Positions 60,901 through 64,000 of a stretch of DNA of 64,000 bases are shown here, in pieces (positions within the stretch are counted from its first letter, which is position 1; every line of letters begins with the position of its first letter). Under the pieces are notes generated by a model. The model was not told the origin of the DNA, ran no database searches, and worked only from the letters and a program-made list of their open reading frames with translations. The stretch is taken from contig NEEC01000011.1 in the NCBI GenBank assembly GCA_002189035.1, positions 1,240,001-1,304,000 on the forward strand, written 5' to 3'. The translations under genes and the position numbers were made by a program. The DNA comes from Utricularia gibba. Taxonomy: Eukaryota; Plantae; Magnoliophyta.

Positions 60901-61038
60901 GTGGGTTGTCAACCATCTCTATAGCTCTCAACTTAGCCTCCTGTTGACTTTTTTGTGCTTCTTTCTAAGTAATTTTTTGGTCCTTTCGATCTCCAAATCA
61001 AGAGGTTCAAGTGGACCTGCAACAGAATGTAAATGCAT
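54945..61038 (-). pseudogene. Athila gag-pol (gag, protease, RT, RNaseH, integrase), broken by stops, frameshifts and a nested LTR
   Basis: MHLHSVAGPLEPLDLEIERT, DQGASINMMP (AP), [108 protein letters not shown]. Confidence 0.92.
59574..60177 (+). mobile_element. Solo LTR (604 bp) of a different LTR-retrotransposon family, probably chromovirus/CRM-like, nested in Athila gag
   Basis: TG...CA ends and perfect TSD cttgt (59569-73, 60178-82). Host gag reads through once it is removed (..RHDK|DITELKDMVK). Contains a GPMTRSKSK-type motif and a tataaata box. The lineage call is inference. Confidence 0.88.
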
Positions 61039-61066
61039 TAACAACAAAGAAATTAACAGACACCAT

Positions 61067-61084
61067 TCCCCGGCAATGGCGCCA
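61067..61084 (-). promoter_or_regulatory. Primer-binding site of the Athila element (tRNA-Asp type)
   Basis: Minus strand tggcgccattgccgggga, 3 nt from the 5' LTR end; matches the Athila PBS consensus TGGCGCCGTTGCCGGGGA with one mismatch. Confidence 0.88.
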
Positions 61085-61087
61085 TTT

Positions 61088-62306
61088 TGATGAACGTTGG
61101 AATGGGTTTGTTAAATGTCGCGGTTTAGCACATTCAACGCATCAAAAGAAATTTATAAACCTAGCTATTCTACTACACAAATCATAGGAATTAATGTAGC
61201 GTGGCAAGAAAGGGTCAAATCCACAGGGAATGGTTGCAATTTCTTGAAGTTTATCACATTTACTGAAAACAGGGGGATTTTCTGGGTTTAGTTCTAACAC
61301 TGATAAGACCTAAAATAACAGTGACTGAAATAAACGAGTTGCAGCGATGAAAAGGGATCGAAATTAACGTGATGGTGCAGAAAACATAAAATAAAAGTAA
61401 TTTGGCAAGGATTTACATCAATGTCTGGCTCTTGTGTCACTCAAGAGAGCCCATAGGCTTAAACCCAGATTTGAAATGCTTAAAAACAGAGTAAGATTTT
61501 GCAGAAACAGAGTATGGGTTCGCAGGAACAATAAAAAGCGCGTTAAACTTAGGACCAAGCATGGAAAGAGTAAACAACAGCATGTTCATAAGCTAAAATA
61601 AGGTCTACAAAGAGTTTCCCGTTCACAACAAGGTACTGAAATACAGCAAAAAGCATAAAAACGAAGACAGTAACAGTAGCAAGTTCACGCAAAAATGGAA
61701 GTGCAGAAATCTGTAAATAAAAGAGTCAGGATGCTTCTGTGAGCTGTAAATCTACTGGAAATCGAAGTTCTGACCGGAAAGGTGGTGTAGAAACGCAGAT
61801 TTGGAGGTCGCCAGAGACGTTCGTCGGAGAAACGAAGTTCTCCTCACTCTTGCTCCCGCTCTTGTTCCCTCTGTGCACTCTGCGTGCATAGTGTTTTCTC
61901 TCTCTCCCTCCCTTTTCCCTTTTGCCGCTCAAAAGTAAGGGTAGCCTCGCCTTTTCCTCAGGCTTCTAGAAGGGAGATCTCTACTCCAAATCTTATCTTT
62001 GCAGAAGGGTGGCTGGTTTCAGCGAAAGTGGCTTTTGCACAGCTTTTTCTGTCCCTTCTGACTTGTCAACGCGAAAAATGCACTACTAAAGTACTAACTC
62101 TTATCCTGATAAGACTTAAAATATACACTAGACGAAATATTAGAGTTTTTCGGCTCAATTTTTGCCAATTGACCCTATTTTTACAATAAACACATTCTAA
62201 TAGACTAAATACGCAAAAGAAGACAATTTAGCACACTAATTAACATTTATCCCTACAAAACATACTTAAAAACATATATAAAAACACAACAAAAATGGTG
62301 TTATCA
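61088..62306 (-). repeat. 5' LTR of the Athila element, 1219 bp
   Basis: Minus-strand ends TGATAACAC...CATCA; adjacent PBS on the inner side and TSD on the outer side. Confidence 0.92.
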
Positions 62307-63417
62307 TCAATCTTCATTATGAATCTAACCCAAGTGATGATCATATCAAGAAAAGATCATGTGATTCATCCACTAATTCCATATAGAGACTTGGTTTCAC
62401 ATATATTGATATCTCTAAGATTATTGGGAGTACTTCTAACATTTATATATTTGCTCTACTAAGTTGAGATCACTTAGTTTGATGATGATATCCAATTAAG
62501 AGGGACACACATTACCTTTCATTTGGTTATTGAGGTATAAATAATATTTCTAGACATTGAGGTCCTCGAGATACATTATAATAAAATTTTGTGATAATAT
62601 CTCTAATGCATAGAGTCTTCACGATGCCTTGTAGTGAGGTCCTTTGGCCGCATCATAAGTTACCTATAGAAAAAAGTTAGATGAATTCATATATATCATA
62701 AAAGCGGTTAGTTTTCTTTTTTAAGCATGTCATTGTTGTCTTCAAATGTTTGGAGGACTTTTACAGAATGCACTAATTGCAAAACCAAATACCTAGAAAA
62801 CTTGCTTCAATGCATGAGGATCCTGAACATTATCATCACCTCATTTAACCTTTATACATAGATTTGTTTTGCGAACCTCATTTAGATACCTAGGAATTTG
62901 TGTCGTCGATTACTCTACCATATCGAAGTTTGGCAGCATTTATCATACAAGTTTATGTTCATCATTTTTTCATGTTATAGCTCCATCTCTATTTAATGAT
63001 GATTTAGACATTTTTTATGGTCAACTTCTCATCTAGATCAATATTAAGTAAATGAGCTTATTTCATTTGTGTTCTATATCACTTCACCATAAATACCAAA
63101 ATACTCTAATACATCATTTTTTGCATGTAAATAAATTTTTTTAATGAATTTTAATGGATTAATTTTAAAATAAATATGAATGGCTTCTTTAACTTGCACC
63201 ATTTTCTAGGATTTCATTTACCCCACTGGTCGAAACAAGAACAACTTCCGAGATGTGGCGTGGCATTCTTGCGATTTTCCAATAGATGAAACTTCAATTA
63301 ATTAATGTTATGTTTATGAGAATAGAGTCAAATGTGATTTCACGTATCACTAAAACTTACAGATCATTTGAAGTCATTTTATACATAAAGCAAAACAAAA
63401 CACCCTGATATTTGTAT

Positions 63418-64000
63418 TCATCCTATTCCAGCAAACTTTCTAAATGCCTGAACCTGCTGAATCCTCCATTTCTGAGTGTCGTCTTTGGCATCTGAAGTAT
63501 TTAGTCTCCAGTAGAGATTCCTGTGCTTCTTCAGAAACTCTACCGCGTACATTTCCTTGTCCATGAACATTTTAGTGGCCTTCATCAACCCAATTATCTC
63601 CATAACCCTTTCGAAGTATCCTCCTCGGAGAAAACTTATCAACATAAGTTCATACAAGTCTCTGTCCTCTAATTTGTTGTTGTGATTCTGCACACTCCTC
63701 TTGATGTCACCCCAGAGAAAGGTGATTTCCCGATAAGCTTCTAGTGTGGAATACCCACAAGTCAGATGGAAATAAGTAGTAGCATTTGGCTGGATGTTCA
63801 ACTTTTGCATTTTTCGGTACACTGCTTTTGCTTCTTCCATCATCCCAGCCTTTGAAAAGAAGTAGATGGAGGAGTTGAACTCGTGAACTGAAGGAGTAAT
63901 TAAGTTTTCTTCTTCCTTGATGCTTTGGATGATGGAATTAGATAAATTTGTGCATAATTTCTCCTCATTCACACACCTTACCATCGATCCAGATGTAATG
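63418..64000 (-). CDS. PPR protein, 3' part only (At4g17616-like); the frame is open to the window edge
   Basis: PSVHEFNSSIYFFSKAGMMEEA...YREITFLWGDIKR...FLRGGYFERVMEII...FLKKHRNLY...VQAFRKFAGIG*. The orthologue call is from recalled sequence. Confidence 0.93.
   Translation of the reverse strand, partial: ITSGSMVRCVNEEKLCTNLSNSIIQSIKEEENLITPSVHEFNSSIYFFSKAGMMEEAKAVYRKMQKLNIQPNATTYFHLTCGYSTLEAYREITFLWGDIKRSVQNHNNKLEDRDLYELMLISFLRGGYFERVMEIIGLMKATKMFMDKEMYAVEFLKKHRNLYWRLNTSDAKDDTQKWRIQQVQAFRKFAGIG

Larger units (their letters stand above)
50245..62306 (-). mobile_element. Full-length decayed Athila-type Ty3/gypsy retrotransposon (~12.1 kb) with env-like ORF
   Basis: Paired LTRs at 50245-51408 and 61088-62306, TSD tcaat (50240-44, 62307-11), PBS tggcgccattgccgggga, gag-AP-RT-RH-IN order, and an additional ORF downstream of pol. 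Confidence 0.93.

Overview
AT-rich plant (eudicot-type) nuclear DNA with six recognisable host genes and a dense, nested transposon landscape. Genes: an LRR-III receptor kinase of the RKL1/RLK902 type (+, 3096-5368, with an apparent 1-nt frameshift at the APE motif); an IDD14/15(SGR5)/16-clade C2H2 zinc-finger factor (-, 4 coding exons, 12177-13845); a class I BASIC PENTACYSTEINE/BBR GAGA factor (-, 16615-17532); spliceosomal SmF (+, 5 exons, 34982-36179); a P-class PPR gene (-, 42366-44630); and the 3' part of a second PPR gene running off the window (-, 63418-64000). Mobile elements: MULE-, hAT- and Tourist-type MITEs, a 3.7-kb hAT derivative, two decayed PIF/Harbinger elements, a truncated Copia, a complete but decayed 12-kb Athila-type Ty3/gypsy element with an env-like ORF, four Athila-family solo or truncated LTRs, and a solo LTR nested in Athila gag. 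I found no tRNA, rRNA or CRISPR features and no clear new multi-gene system. The most notable signals are: a covarying hairpin at the PBS-proximal end of the Athila LTRs, three templated-filler repair scars, the RLK frameshift, a Copia 3' LTR just upstream of a PPR gene, and promoter-like and structured non-coding islands between 5.9 and 11.7 kb that no annotated gene explains. All alignments and folds were done by eye; no searches were run.
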